Positions 8,034 to 17,589 are shown, counted from the stretch's first letter. The stretch: DNA of 64,000 nucleotides from a bacterium (GCA_963675295.2 CAXXKJ010000002.1:2912001-2976000); one strand, 5' to 3'. The notes: generated by a model from the letters alone, not told the origin. Numbers and translations: made by a program.

Positions 8034-10169
8034 TTAGCCGGTATACTCCACCGTGTTCAAGCCGGTCCGCAGCGGCCGTTGCCCAGCCTCCGGATCGGAC
8101 TCAGCGTCCGCCATCTCACGTCGAGACTGCCCGTTTCGGGATGATGCATTACGTCGCTGGGCCTGACGTTCGGCTGCATCGCGCCGTTGCTGATCGGCTG
8201 CGGAATCCTGCTGCCGGGTCTGGCCGGTTTCCACTTCGACCCGATCCACCTGGATACCCTGGCTGTTCAGGTGTTCTCGCAACGCCGGCAGGTGCTGTTC
8301 AAGGCTGCGGGTCGCGTCCGCTCGGTCGACCGTCATCTTGATGATGTACTTGCCGTTGCTGCGGATCACGTTCAGCAGCACATTGCCCAACTTGGCGGGT
8401 TTCAACGCCACCTGCAGCCGGACAACTCCATCGCCCTTCAGCACTTTCGCCTGCGAGCTGACCTTCTGCATCAACTCCTGCAGGTTCTGAAGGCCCTGCG
8501 CGGACGATGGTGTGCCCCGCCCCACCTTCGCCCCCAGCGCCGCGCTGAGGTTGTTGATCACGTTCGGTTTGGCGTTCGCGGGCTTGATCGACCCGCTGTC
8601 ATCTGTCCTGGCCGCCTTCGGCTTGCTGGTGTTGCTGGATGTCGCGGCGTTTTTCGCATCTCGGGCGGACGGTTTCACGCTCTTCTGCCCTGCCTTCGCC
8701 TGTTTCACCCCTTCCGCGGAGCGGTCGCTGGCGGTCGGAGCGGTCTTGCCGGACGGCGTGTGCACATGCCAGCCGCTGCGTTCCATCGAGGCGACACGTG
8801 ACCGGGCCTGCCCGGCGGACGCAGCCGCTGCGGCGGACTGTGTCACGGTCTGGTTGGACGCTGTTTCGACGGTGACCGGTGACGGATTACTCGGCGTGGC
8901 AGCACGAGCCTGCCGGGTGAACGCACCGCGATCCGCCTGCGCGGATTCCGGCCGGGACGCCAGCCGTGATCCACGGCCCTGCCGTTGGGGCGCATCCTGT
9001 TCGCTCTGCTTCGCGATCTCAGCGGCGGTTTCGTTGGACCGTTCGACGGTGACATTGGCTACCGCTTTCGGCGTGGTCAGCTTCGCCGTCGTTTGCAGGC
9101 CGCCATCATCCTCACGGACCGTTCCCGCGCCGGACCATGCCGAAGAACGGGCGGTGCCGCCGGTTTTGGCACGCAACTGCGCGAGCAGGTCGGAACGGGT
9201 CGGTTGCGGCCGGGCGTTCACGGTCACCTTCTGCGCGACCGGTTTGTCCGCCTCGGGCTTGCCATCCAGCGCCGGTTTCTGCCCCATCTCACTCTTGAAC
9301 TCAGGCGTGGCGGCGGCTTTCTTCGCGCCGATCTTCCCCGCAGACCTGGTCAATTCGGCCACGGCCAATTGGGAAAGATCCAGCTTCTGTGCGGTTCTGG
9401 CGGCTGCCAGTGTGGCCTGTTTCGCGTCACCGTCAACGCTGACTTTCGTGGTCTGAACGGTGTTCGTGGAACGGTTGACCTTCGGCGGCGCGAACGGCTT
9501 CACATCCGGCCCGAACGGACTCTTCAACTCGACGTGCTTGCGTCCCTCCTGCCCCTCGCCCTCCGTCATCGCGCGAGCCTGGGCGACAAGCCGGGCGGCG
9601 TCGCCGTCCTGCGAGCGGGCCATGTGCGTGCGAACCTCCTGCAGCCACATGGACGGGTCTTCGAGTCCCTGTTCCTTGCGCTGCTCTTCCAGCCGTTTCT
9701 TGAGCACATAGGACCGGTTGCCGGGGGTTTCCACCTCACCGCTGAGGATGCCGATACGCAGCTGGTCGGTGAGCAGCAGGTGTTCGGCGGCGCGTTTCTT
9801 GAAGCCGGTCATCAACTGGGAGGTGCCCTGGTTGCTGCTCAGCTCCATCTCACGGGTGAGGTACGGGTCGTTGGCCTGCGGACGGCGTCCCCGGTGGCCT
9901 TCTTCCGTACGGCGCAGGCTGTCCGGATCATCCGGATCGACGCTGTTGCCGAATTGGTCAACGAAGGGGATGCTGTCAAACGTAACCGACGAGCCGCTGC
10001 GTACCAGCGCCATCGGGGACGTCTGTGGCTTGAGGCCGAAATCCGCCAGCAGGCGGGTGAACATGCCGGGCCGGGAGGAACGTGCACTGCTCCCGGTCGA
10101 CGACGCGGCGGCAGCGGAAGTATTCCGTTGCGACGCGCTGTTCAGTTGGGTGTCGAGGCTTCCGTTCAT
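8034..10169 (-). CDS. fliK: flagellar hook-length control protein FliK (711 aa)
   Basis: low-complexity body; C-terminal LQVALKPAKLGNV...LEQHLPALREHLNSQGIQVDRVEV domain; upstream of flgD. Confidence 0.88.
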   Translation of the reverse strand: MNGSLDTQLNSASQRNTSAAAASSTGSSARSSRPGMFTRLLADFGLKPQTSPMALVRSGSSVTFDSIPFVDQFGNSVDPDDPDSLRRTEEGHRGRRPQANDPYLTREMELSSNQGTSQLMTGFKKRAAEHLLLTDQLRIGILSGEVETPGNRSYVLKKRLEEQRKEQGLEDPSMWLQEVRTHMARSQDGDAARLVAQARAMTEGEGQEGRKHVELKSPFGPDVKPFAPPKVNRSTNTVQTTKVSVDGDAKQATLAAARTAQKLDLSQLAVAELTRSAGKIGAKKAAATPEFKSEMGQKPALDGKPEADKPVAQKVTVNARPQPTRSDLLAQLRAKTGGTARSSAWSGAGTVREDDGGLQTTAKLTTPKAVANVTVERSNETAAEIAKQSEQDAPQRQGRGSRLASRPESAQADRGAFTRQARAATPSNPSPVTVETASNQTVTQSAAAAASAGQARSRVASMERSGWHVHTPSGKTAPTASDRSAEGVKQAKAGQKSVKPSARDAKNAATSSNTSKPKAARTDDSGSIKPANAKPNVINNLSAALGAKVGRGTPSSAQGLQNLQELMQKVSSQAKVLKGDGVVRLQVALKPAKLGNVLLNVIRSNGKYIIKMTVDRADATRSLEQHLPALREHLNSQGIQVDRVEVETGQTRQQDSAADQQRRDAAERQAQRRNASSRNGQSRREMADAESDPEAGQRPLRTGLNTVEYTG

Positions 10170-10849
10170 CAGATCGCACTCTTTTCGTAGGCCTGGGACA
10201 GGTATCGCGCCACTTCGGCGGCTCGTTCACGGGGCATCGCGGCAAGGATTTTCGCCGCCTGCCGTTGCCGCATCGTGATCAGCAATCGTGCGGAGGTTTT
10301 GCTGCCGAGGCCGTTCAATACGGCGGCGGCCTCGACCGGACGCATGTTCTCGATGATCTTGGAAAGGCGCTTGGCGTTGGCCTGATCGACACTGTCAGCG
10401 TCCGCGCTCAGCATCGCCAGCAGGTTCGCGAGATCGTCCACCTTCTCCTCGGCTTCCGCGACCTGTGCCTGGGTCTGCTGGACGTCTTCACGTACCGGAT
10501 CGGTCTTCGCGGTGGCGACGCTGTCCATCATTTCGGTGATGGTTTGCGTGCCGCCTCCGTCAGCTGTCTGGATTTGTCCATCTTCGTCCAGCATCACTGC
10601 GCCGCTGTCACCTTCGGCGGGCAGCATCATTGGACCGCCGCCGGGGCGCGACTGCTGCAGTTGCGAGATGTCCTTCGTCAGGTCGATCGGGGCGCGTCGA
10701 GCAGCTTCTTCGAGTGAATCCGCGATCGCCAGCGAATCGAGCAGGCTGGTGTCGGTTTCTCCCTTCAGCATGAAGTAACTGCCGCCAAGTGTGATCGCAT
10801 ACCCGACAACCAACACAATGATCAGGATCAACAACTGTTTCTTGCTCAT
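10169..10849 (-). CDS. MotE/YlxF-family flagellar protein (MgtE-N-like domain)
   Basis: N-terminal TM; RLSKIIENMRPVEAAAVL...MRQRQAAKILAAMPRERAA; between fliJ and fliK. Confidence 0.85.
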   Translation of the reverse strand: MSKKQLLILIIVLVVGYAITLGGSYFMLKGETDTSLLDSLAIADSLEEAARRAPIDLTKDISQLQQSRPGGGPMMLPAEGDSGAVMLDEDGQIQTADGGGTQTITEMMDSVATAKTDPVREDVQQTQAQVAEAEEKVDDLANLLAMLSADADSVDQANAKRLSKIIENMRPVEAAAVLNGLGSKTSARLLITMRQRQAAKILAAMPRERAAEVARYLSQAYEKSAI

Positions 10850-11328
10850 GATCCGTATCCCGCACTAGGGTTCTGGCCGTTGGTTGACTCCGCGCGTGTC
10901 GCGGCACGTCCGCCGATGTCATCCAGTGTGGCCTGTTGTTCTTTCAGGGTGAGCTGCGTGTGTTCCGCGCGTTTCTTCTCTTTCAGCCGGTCGAGGACCT
11001 TGCGTTCACGCGTGGCATCCAGCAGCTCCTGCCGCCGTTGAGCGACCACCTTCTCCGCTTCCCGGCATTTCTCGATCTGAGTCCGCAGCCGTTTTTCCAG
11101 TTCGCGTTGCCAGCGGTGGTGCTGCATGGCGGTTCCGGCGGTAACCGTGCCGCCGAGCATGTTCCGTTGCTGCTTGACAAGTTGCGCGATTTCAGTTTGG
11201 ATCTGATTTTTCACCGTTTCCAGTTCTGTCAACGTCCGCTGCGCCTCACCGAGCTTGCGCTGGGCCTCGCGCTCGACCACCTCACGGGCGTCGAGGACTT
11301 TCTGCAGGCGGAAGTGGAAACGTTTCAT
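10846..11328 (-). CDS. fliJ: flagellar export protein FliJ
   Basis: MKRFHFRLQKVLD...ERKVLDRLKEK...EQ..LDD. Confidence 0.93.
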   Translation of the reverse strand: MKRFHFRLQKVLDAREVVEREAQRKLGEAQRTLTELETVKNQIQTEIAQLVKQQRNMLGGTVTAGTAMQHHRWQRELEKRLRTQIEKCREAEKVVAQRRQELLDATRERKVLDRLKEKKRAEHTQLTLKEQQATLDDIGGRAATRAESTNGQNPSAGYGS

Positions 11329-11335
11329 GACGGAC

Positions 11336-11370
11336 TCAGTTCTCAGTGATCAGTGGTCAGTGCTCAGTTA
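11336..11370. repeat. heptamer array TCAGTNN x5 (left arm of inverted pair)
   Basis: TCAGTTC TCAGTGA TCAGTGG TCAGTGC TCAGTTA. Confidence 0.95.
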
Positions 11371-11407
11371 AAACAACCGGAAATCTGTGATCGAGCACTT
11401 CAACCTG

Positions 11408-11767
11408 CTAACCTCTTTCTTTTACCTTTTGAATCAAACCAAAAATCGTTTTCGCGGTTTCTTCCGATTTAGGTTTAACTTTATCGTATGTAAGATCCGT
11501 CAGATAAGACAATCGTCTGGCCAGCGATAACTGATAATCCAGTTCTCGGACTGAACCGTATGCAATATGCAGAAAGTGTAGAAATTCTTTCGTTGTTGCT
11601 CTGGCACAACCCTCAACAATATTTGATGGTACGGAAACAGCCGCTCGTCGCATTTGATTTGTCAAGCCGAAGCGTTCCTCGTCCGGCATACTCAAGGTGG
11701 CCCGATAAACTTCAAGCGCCAGATCATCTGCAAGGTCAAAAGCTTTTAGATTCCTGTGATCCTGCAT
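11408..11767 (-). CDS. four helix bundle protein (23S rRNA IVP / TIGR02436 family, Avd-like)
   Basis: [40 protein letters not shown]....EF.HFL.IA.GS..EL.YQL signature; visibly AT-richer than its neighbours. Confidence 0.95.
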   Translation of the reverse strand: MQDHRNLKAFDLADDLALEVYRATLSMPDEERFGLTNQMRRAAVSVPSNIVEGCARATTKEFLHFLHIAYGSVRELDYQLSLARRLSYLTDLTYDKVKPKSEETAKTIFGLIQKVKERG

Positions 11768-11801
11768 TTAGCATTCCTTTCCTGATCACCTGTATTTGCT
11801 T

Positions 11802-11843
11802 TCACTGACCACTGAGAACTGAGCACTGAAAACTGATAACTGT
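11802..11843. repeat. heptamer array NNACTGA x6 (right arm, reverse complement of 11336-11370)
   Basis: TCACTGA CCACTGA GAACTGA GCACTGA AAACTGA TAACTGT. Confidence 0.95.
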
Positions 11844-11849
11844 CTCGCG

Positions 11850-13205
11850 CTATTGCGCTAGATTGATCACGCTATCCCACGTCCCCTTCAACTCCGACCC
11901 TTCATTCATATCCTGGATCAGGAAATCTTCGATCGCCTGTCGTTTGTGGACAGCGCGGTCGATTCGCGGATTTGAACCTTGCTTATACGCTCCGATGTTG
12001 ATCAGGTCTTCATTTTCACGCCACACGGCCATGTCCGTCTGCACCAGTTTCGCCGCCTTTTTCAACTCATCCGGCACCACTTCGACCATCACACGGCTGA
12101 TACTGTTGAGCACGTCCACCGCCGGATAGTGGCCCTCGGTCGCCAATTTGCGGCTGAGCACGATGTGGCCGTCGAGGATTGAACGGACCGCGTCCGCGAC
12201 AGGCTCATTCATATCATCGCCTTCAACCAGCACGGTGTACAGCGCGGTGATCGAGCCTTTGTCGCCACGTCCGGCGCGTTCGAGCAATTTCGGCAGCATC
12301 GCGAACACGGACGGCGTGTAGCCGCGTGTCGTCGGCGGTTCCCCGACTGCGAGACCGATTTCACGTTGCGCCATCGCGAGACGAGTGACTGAATCCATCA
12401 TCAGCATCACATCTTTGCCCTGGTCACGGAAGTATTCCGCGATCGCGGTGGCAAGCATCGCGCCCTTGATCCGGATCAACGCCGGTTTGTCCGAGGTGAC
12501 AACCACCACGACAGATCGTGCCAACCCTTCCTGCCCGAGGTCGCGTTCGATGAAGTCACGGACCTCGCGTCCACGTTCCCCGACCAGCGCGATCACGTTC
12601 ACCTCGGCTTCGGTGTGGCGTGCGACCATGCCCATGGTGACGCTTTTCCCGACACCGGACCCGGCGAAGATGCCGAATCGCTGGCCTTTGCCGCAGGTCA
12701 ACAATCCGTCTATCGAACGAATGCCCAACGCGAGCGGTTCGGTGACTCGTTGCCGTTTCAGGGGATGCGGTGGATCCGCGGTAATCGGAACCCTGGTTTC
12801 GGTGTCGAGCGGTCCGAGGTCGTCCAACGCATTGCCCAACCCGTCCAGCACCCGTCCGAGCAGCCCCGGCCCGGCTTTGACGGTAAATGGCCGCCGCAGG
12901 GAACGCACGATCGACCCCGGCGCAATACCGCCGAGATCGCCCAACGGCATCAACAGCACGTGATGGTCACGGAACCCGACCACCTCGGCCAACCCCTGAC
13001 GCTGATTCTTTTTATCCAAAAGCTCACAGATTTCACCGACCGACGCTTCCGGCCCGGAGGATTCAATCACCAGCCCGACCACCCGCACAACACGTCCACG
13101 CGGCACGAGCGGCTGCGCGGCGTCCAGCAGCTCTTCATGGCCGCGAAACAGCTCTTCCGGTGCCGGCGGTTGCGCCAACGGTGCGAGGGTCGGTGAATCA
13201 GTCAT
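11850..13205 (-). CDS. fliI: flagellar export ATPase FliI
   Basis: GQRFGIFAGSGVGKS Walker A, ALVGERGREV, MMDSVTR, GEPPTTRGY. Confidence 0.97.
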   Translation of the reverse strand: MTDSPTLAPLAQPPAPEELFRGHEELLDAAQPLVPRGRVVRVVGLVIESSGPEASVGEICELLDKKNQRQGLAEVVGFRDHHVLLMPLGDLGGIAPGSIVRSLRRPFTVKAGPGLLGRVLDGLGNALDDLGPLDTETRVPITADPPHPLKRQRVTEPLALGIRSIDGLLTCGKGQRFGIFAGSGVGKSVTMGMVARHTEAEVNVIALVGERGREVRDFIERDLGQEGLARSVVVVVTSDKPALIRIKGAMLATAIAEYFRDQGKDVMLMMDSVTRLAMAQREIGLAVGEPPTTRGYTPSVFAMLPKLLERAGRGDKGSITALYTVLVEGDDMNEPVADAVRSILDGHIVLSRKLATEGHYPAVDVLNSISRVMVEVVPDELKKAAKLVQTDMAVWRENEDLINIGAYKQGSNPRIDRAVHKRQAIEDFLIQDMNEGSELKGTWDSVINLAQ

Positions 13206-14092
13206 GACGCATCCCCGCTGGTCGGGAATTCTTCTTCGAGCAGGGCGATGTGCAGTTCGTTAAGGATTGTTTCGATGGTTGCGTCGATGGACCCGCCGTT
13301 GGTTTCGAGGATCACACTGCCACGGCTGACACGCTGGCTCGGTTGCACCTCGATCTCACGGATACCCTCGCTGACGGTCTTCAAATCCACCCCTGCTTCC
13401 GTAAGCTCAGTTTCATCTTCCGGGTTGCAGAGGATGGTGACGCTCGTGCGTTCGCTGGCCTGCTTCAACGCTTCCTTCGCCAGCCTTGTCGCGACCTGTT
13501 CATGGTTCGCGGCGGCGTCGCCTACGACTTTCCGGGCAATCATCAACGCAAACCGCACCAACTCGGTTTCCACCTGCTGGTAGTAGTCGCTGGTCGCTTC
13601 AGTGATGGATTGCAGCACACGCTGGATCTCGGTCAGGCGGGCGTCGTGTTCGGCCTTCAGCTCTTCGATCGTCTGCTGCCGGCCCTGTTCGATTCCGACC
13701 GCGAGGCCTTCATCGTGTCCCTGCTGGCGTGCCTGCTTGACCTTGTCCTGCGCGGCCTTCAGCTCACGCCGCATGGTTTCCAGCTCAGCCTTATGCCGTT
13801 GCTCACGTTCGTCAACCGTCTCGACCTTCATGATCCCGTACCTGGACGGATCGTATTCGATCCGGACCTCATCCGGCCTGTCGTCGCTGATCGTGCGCAG
13901 CTTGGAGTGGGTTACGGTTCGCATCGCAACCGGCTCACTACCCAGCAGCACCGAAGCTTCTTCGAGGGTATAGTTTCCCCGCAGCACGCGCGCCCGGTTT
14001 GCCGGTTTCGCGGCTTCACCCTCGACCGCCTGGCCCGCTCCACGAAGCAGGCCGGAGCGGGACTGGCTAGACCATCTGGTCTTCAGATCCAT
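13202..14092 (-). CDS. fliH: flagellar assembly protein FliH (start uncertain)
   Basis: GxxxG repeats (QGHDEGLAVGIEQG); C-terminal CNPED...GSVILETNGGSIDATIE; between fliG and fliI. Confidence 0.88.
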   Translation of the reverse strand: MDLKTRWSSQSRSGLLRGAGQAVEGEAAKPANRARVLRGNYTLEEASVLLGSEPVAMRTVTHSKLRTISDDRPDEVRIEYDPSRYGIMKVETVDEREQRHKAELETMRRELKAAQDKVKQARQQGHDEGLAVGIEQGRQQTIEELKAEHDARLTEIQRVLQSITEATSDYYQQVETELVRFALMIARKVVGDAAANHEQVATRLAKEALKQASERTSVTILCNPEDETELTEAGVDLKTVSEGIREIEVQPSQRVSRGSVILETNGGSIDATIETILNELHIALLEEEFPTSGDAS

Positions 14093-15101
14093 GCGTGATC
14101 ACAATTTGGCCTTCCTCTTCGAGGCGGCGGATGATGTCGATGATGCGCTGCTGCACTTCTTCCACTTCGCGCAACCGGACCGGGCCCATGTAGTCGAGTT
14201 CTTCCTCGATCATTTCGGCGGCACGGCGTGACATGTTCGCGAGAATCTTGCTCTTCAGTTCTTCGCTGGATGCCTTCAGCGCCATCGCGAGTTCCTTGTT
14301 GTCGACCTCGCGCAGCACCTTCTGGATCGACCGGTCGTCCAGGTTGACCACATCTTCGAAGACGAACATCAGGTTCTTGATTTCGCTGGCCAGGTCCGGA
14401 TTCTCCTTCGCAATACCGGCGAGGATGTTTTTCTCAAAGCGCTGGCCGACGAGGTTCAGGATGTCGGCGGCGGTCTGGACACCACCGATCTGCGACGATC
14501 CGGAGCTGAAGTCGATGCGGCTTTCCAGCACCTTCTCGACGGCGGCGATGGTTTCCGGACTGACGCGTTCCATCTGTGACAGGCGGTACATCACGTCCAC
14601 CTGCACCTGCGGGCTGAGTTCGGTGAGCACATTCGCGGCCTGTACCGGCGTCACCTGTGTCAAGACCAGCGCGATGGTCTGCGGGTGTTCCTTCTGCAGG
14701 AAGGCAATCAGCTGGTTGGTGTCAACATTCTCCAGCACGTTGAAGCCCTTGATCTGAAGGGCCCGTTCGACGCGCTTGAGGATCTCCATCGCCTTGCCCT
14801 CACCGAGGGCGGCTTCGAGCACTTCCTGGGCGTACTGCAGACCGCCGGCGGCGATGTACTGTTGCGCCAACACCATCTGATGGAATTCCTGATTCACTTG
14901 ATGAAGCACGGAACTCGGGACACCATCCAGCATGGCGATTTCACGGCTGACCCGTTCCACTTCGCCTTCTGTCAGGTATTGATAGACCTTGGAGGAGGCT
15001 TCCGCACCGAGCGACACCAGGAAGATCGCTGCCTTCTTAGTCCCGGACAGGTTCTCGATGCTCATCGCGTTGCTTTCTTTCTTCACAACGTTTGCCATCA
15101 T
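14067..15101 (-). CDS. fliG: flagellar motor switch protein FliG
   Basis: LSGTKKAAIFL, EHPQTIALVL, MFVFED, GPVRLREVE. Confidence 0.97.
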   Translation of the reverse strand: MMANVVKKESNAMSIENLSGTKKAAIFLVSLGAEASSKVYQYLTEGEVERVSREIAMLDGVPSSVLHQVNQEFHQMVLAQQYIAAGGLQYAQEVLEAALGEGKAMEILKRVERALQIKGFNVLENVDTNQLIAFLQKEHPQTIALVLTQVTPVQAANVLTELSPQVQVDVMYRLSQMERVSPETIAAVEKVLESRIDFSSGSSQIGGVQTAADILNLVGQRFEKNILAGIAKENPDLASEIKNLMFVFEDVVNLDDRSIQKVLREVDNKELAMALKASSEELKSKILANMSRRAAEMIEEELDYMGPVRLREVEEVQQRIIDIIRRLEEEGQIVITHGSEDQMV

Positions 15102-16723
15102 CGACCTCCAAAGTCAACGAGCCAGGTTTTCAGCAACCGGGCAGACACTTCAGGCTTTTCTGCGACGAAATCAACCAGGCGCTTCTGCAACTGATTCGCT
15201 TCGACCACTTCTTCCGGCAGTTCGCTATCAAGGTCCGGCAGGGCTAGCGCTTCAGCACCGTCGCTGGTCGCACCCGGCAAGGCCGGCATCGAACCGCCAC
15301 CCGGCAACGATGCGATCTTGCGTTCCCATACCTGTCGCGCGGCGTTTGTCGATGCGGTCAACAGGTTGCGCACATAAAACAGGATTCCGATCACCGCCGC
15401 ACCGATCAGGATGCTGCGTAGCATGCTCGACCAGTTGTTCTTCAACCAGTCCATGAAGCCGCCGCCAGTGTCGAGCACCTCCGGCTGCTCGAACGGAATG
15501 TTGATTACGGAAATCTCATCTCCACGATCGAGATCCACACCCAACGCCCCACGCACCGCCTGCTCGATCTTGGTCATCTCGTCCGGCGTACGTTCGAAGT
15601 AGGTGCGCTGCATCTCACCCTCTTCGGTCTCAACATCCCGGTAGACACCGTCAATCAGCACCGACGCCGAAATTCGCTCGACGCCACCAGTATTGCGGGT
15701 TTCTGTGGTCAGGGTCTTGGACACTTCATAGTTAGTGATGTTGTTGGTCTCGAGTTGGCTTTCCGTGCTTTCCAGTGGCGGTTGCGTCGGATCAACCGGA
15801 TTGACCGACTGCGGCGTGTTGACATTCATCGAGGTCTCATTGATCTCTTCCGAACGCACCGCTGTCCGCTCCGGATCATACAGCTCACTCGAAATCTGGC
15901 TCTGCGTGAAGTCCAGCTCGACCGACACGCGCACAATCGACTTGTTCGCCCCAAGCAACTGCTGCAACATGGTCTCAACCTTCTGCGTCAGATTGTTCTC
16001 GACCTGGTTCTTCAGCTGCATTTGCGAATTGGACATCGCCAGCAACGGGTCGCCGGCCTGCATGTTCGACAGCACATTCCCGCGGCTGTCGACGATCGTC
16101 ACCTGGTCGCTTTCGAGACCTTCGACCGATGACGCGATCAAGTGGGCGATACCATTCACCTGACCGTCCTTCAAGCCGCCACGCAATTTGAGCGTGACCG
16201 AGGCGGTTGCCGGTTTTTCCTGCTCCCGGAACAACGCGGCTTCCGGCAACACGATATGGACCCGCGCCTCATCCACCTCTTCCAACGAACTGACCGTACG
16301 GGATAATTCCCCTTCCAATGCCCGGCGGAAGTTCAGCTTCTGCACAAACTCGCTCATGCCGAGGTTGGTCTGGTCAAAGATCTCGTAGCCCGTTGACCGT
16401 TGCGCCGGCAAACCTTCCTGTGCCAGCTCAATGCGCGCCTGGTATTGGTTGGCACGGGGAACAAGAATTCGCGATCCACCCTGCTCCAGGGTGTATTCGA
16501 TGCTGTTTTCGTCAAGCCACTGGGTGATCTTCCCGGCATCTTCCGGCGGCAGGTTCGAGAACAGGGGAACCATCTCCGGAGCACTCGCCCAGCGCACCAT
16601 CACGATGATCACCAGCAGGGTAACTGCAACCGCGCTTCCCACTGTGATCTTCTGTGTCGTGGTCAGGTTGCGGAAGACGCTGGATATGCGTCCCGGCATC
16701 GATGTGTTCTGGCGTTCGTTCAT
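15098..16723 (-). CDS. fliF: flagellar M-ring protein FliF
   Basis: GYEIFD..LGMSEF.Q.LNFRRALEGELSRT, ARVHIVLP, two TM segments. Confidence 0.97.
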   Translation of the reverse strand: MNERQNTSMPGRISSVFRNLTTTQKITVGSAVAVTLLVIIVMVRWASAPEMVPLFSNLPPEDAGKITQWLDENSIEYTLEQGGSRILVPRANQYQARIELAQEGLPAQRSTGYEIFDQTNLGMSEFVQKLNFRRALEGELSRTVSSLEEVDEARVHIVLPEAALFREQEKPATASVTLKLRGGLKDGQVNGIAHLIASSVEGLESDQVTIVDSRGNVLSNMQAGDPLLAMSNSQMQLKNQVENNLTQKVETMLQQLLGANKSIVRVSVELDFTQSQISSELYDPERTAVRSEEINETSMNVNTPQSVNPVDPTQPPLESTESQLETNNITNYEVSKTLTTETRNTGGVERISASVLIDGVYRDVETEEGEMQRTYFERTPDEMTKIEQAVRGALGVDLDRGDEISVINIPFEQPEVLDTGGGFMDWLKNNWSSMLRSILIGAAVIGILFYVRNLLTASTNAARQVWERKIASLPGGGSMPALPGATSDGAEALALPDLDSELPEEVVEANQLQKRLVDFVAEKPEVSARLLKTWLVDFGGR

Positions 16724-16795
16724 GCTGCGTCAACCCATGGTATGCAGCCGGCTTCTCAATCGGCTGAGTAAGGTACAAAAAATGAGTGTCAGAAT

Positions 16796-17140
16796 CTAAA
16801 CCTGCATCCGCATCACTTCCCGGTACGCATCGACGATCTTGTTGCGCACCTCCATCATCAGATGGAAGGATGTCTGTGCCTCCTCGACCGCGACCATGAC
16901 CTGGTGCACGTCTTCGATCTCGCCGGTCAGCATTCGGCGTGTGGCTTCGTGCGCGCTCTTCTGGATCGCGTCAACGTTGTGGATCAAACCGCCGAGGGTT
17001 TCACCGAATCCGGGACCGCCGGACGTACGGTGTGGCGATGAGGTTGTCTGGCTGGTGTCCACCTCCGGGAGCCTGCCGACACTTGGCAGTTCGGACGGGA
17101 AGTTTCCGACAAGTCCTTGAATTCCGATACCATCAGCCAT
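16796..17140 (-). CDS. fliE: flagellar hook-basal body protein FliE
   Basis: DVHQVMVA.EEA..SF..MMEVRNKIVDAYREVMRMQV. Confidence 0.96.
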   Translation of the reverse strand: MADGIGIQGLVGNFPSELPSVGRLPEVDTSQTTSSPHRTSGGPGFGETLGGLIHNVDAIQKSAHEATRRMLTGEIEDVHQVMVAVEEAQTSFHLMMEVRNKIVDAYREVMRMQV

Positions 17141-17172
17141 GTTGTTCTCCCTTATCTGCTGCTACTGCTTGT

Positions 17173-17589
17173 TTACGCGTAGGTGTCGATGCTCTTGCCC
17201 AGCCCCGGCGCGGGTGCCGGCCGTTGGGGTACCGCCAGCAGATCGTTGACCGCCGGCGCGGTACCCGGACGGGAAGCCCGGCCAGCGCCATTTGACGCGG
17301 AAACGGATGCGATTGACTGCATCGCCGATGTGCGCACGCTGGTTTGCGTCTCGCGTGCTTGGGCCAGCTTCGCCGCCAGGACGGGGTTGCGTGCGGCCAT
17401 TGCAGCACGAGCGCGTTCCGCCGCGTCAGAGAACCGCGAGTTGACACGTGCGACCGGCTTGGTGCTGGTCAGAGCGGGGGTTGTGGTCAAAGAGCGGGCG
17501 CGCGTCGCGTTGCCGGACATTCCCGGCTGGCGCATTCGCTGCTGTTCGATCAGGGCGGTGAACTGTTGCAATCGTGGATCAACACGCAC
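17173..17589 (-). CDS. hypothetical protein between flgC and fliE, ends GLGKSIDTYA
   Basis: fills the flgC-fliE gap on the operon strand; GTG start after GGAG; C-terminal lG..iD.yA motif. Confidence 0.65.
   Translation of the reverse strand: MRVDPRLQQFTALIEQQRMRQPGMSGNATRARSLTTTPALTSTKPVARVNSRFSDAAERARAAMAARNPVLAAKLAQARETQTSVRTSAMQSIASVSASNGAGRASRPGTAPAVNDLLAVPQRPAPAPGLGKSIDTYA

Noticed and set aside
11408-11767. Avd gene of a diversity-generating retroelement
   Set aside because: No reverse transcriptase and no TR/VR pair with adenine-specific differences seen in the window.
14067-14092. Programmed frameshift at the fliG/fliH overlap
   Set aside because: An in-frame ATG at 14092 explains the 26-bp overlap and no slippery site is evident.
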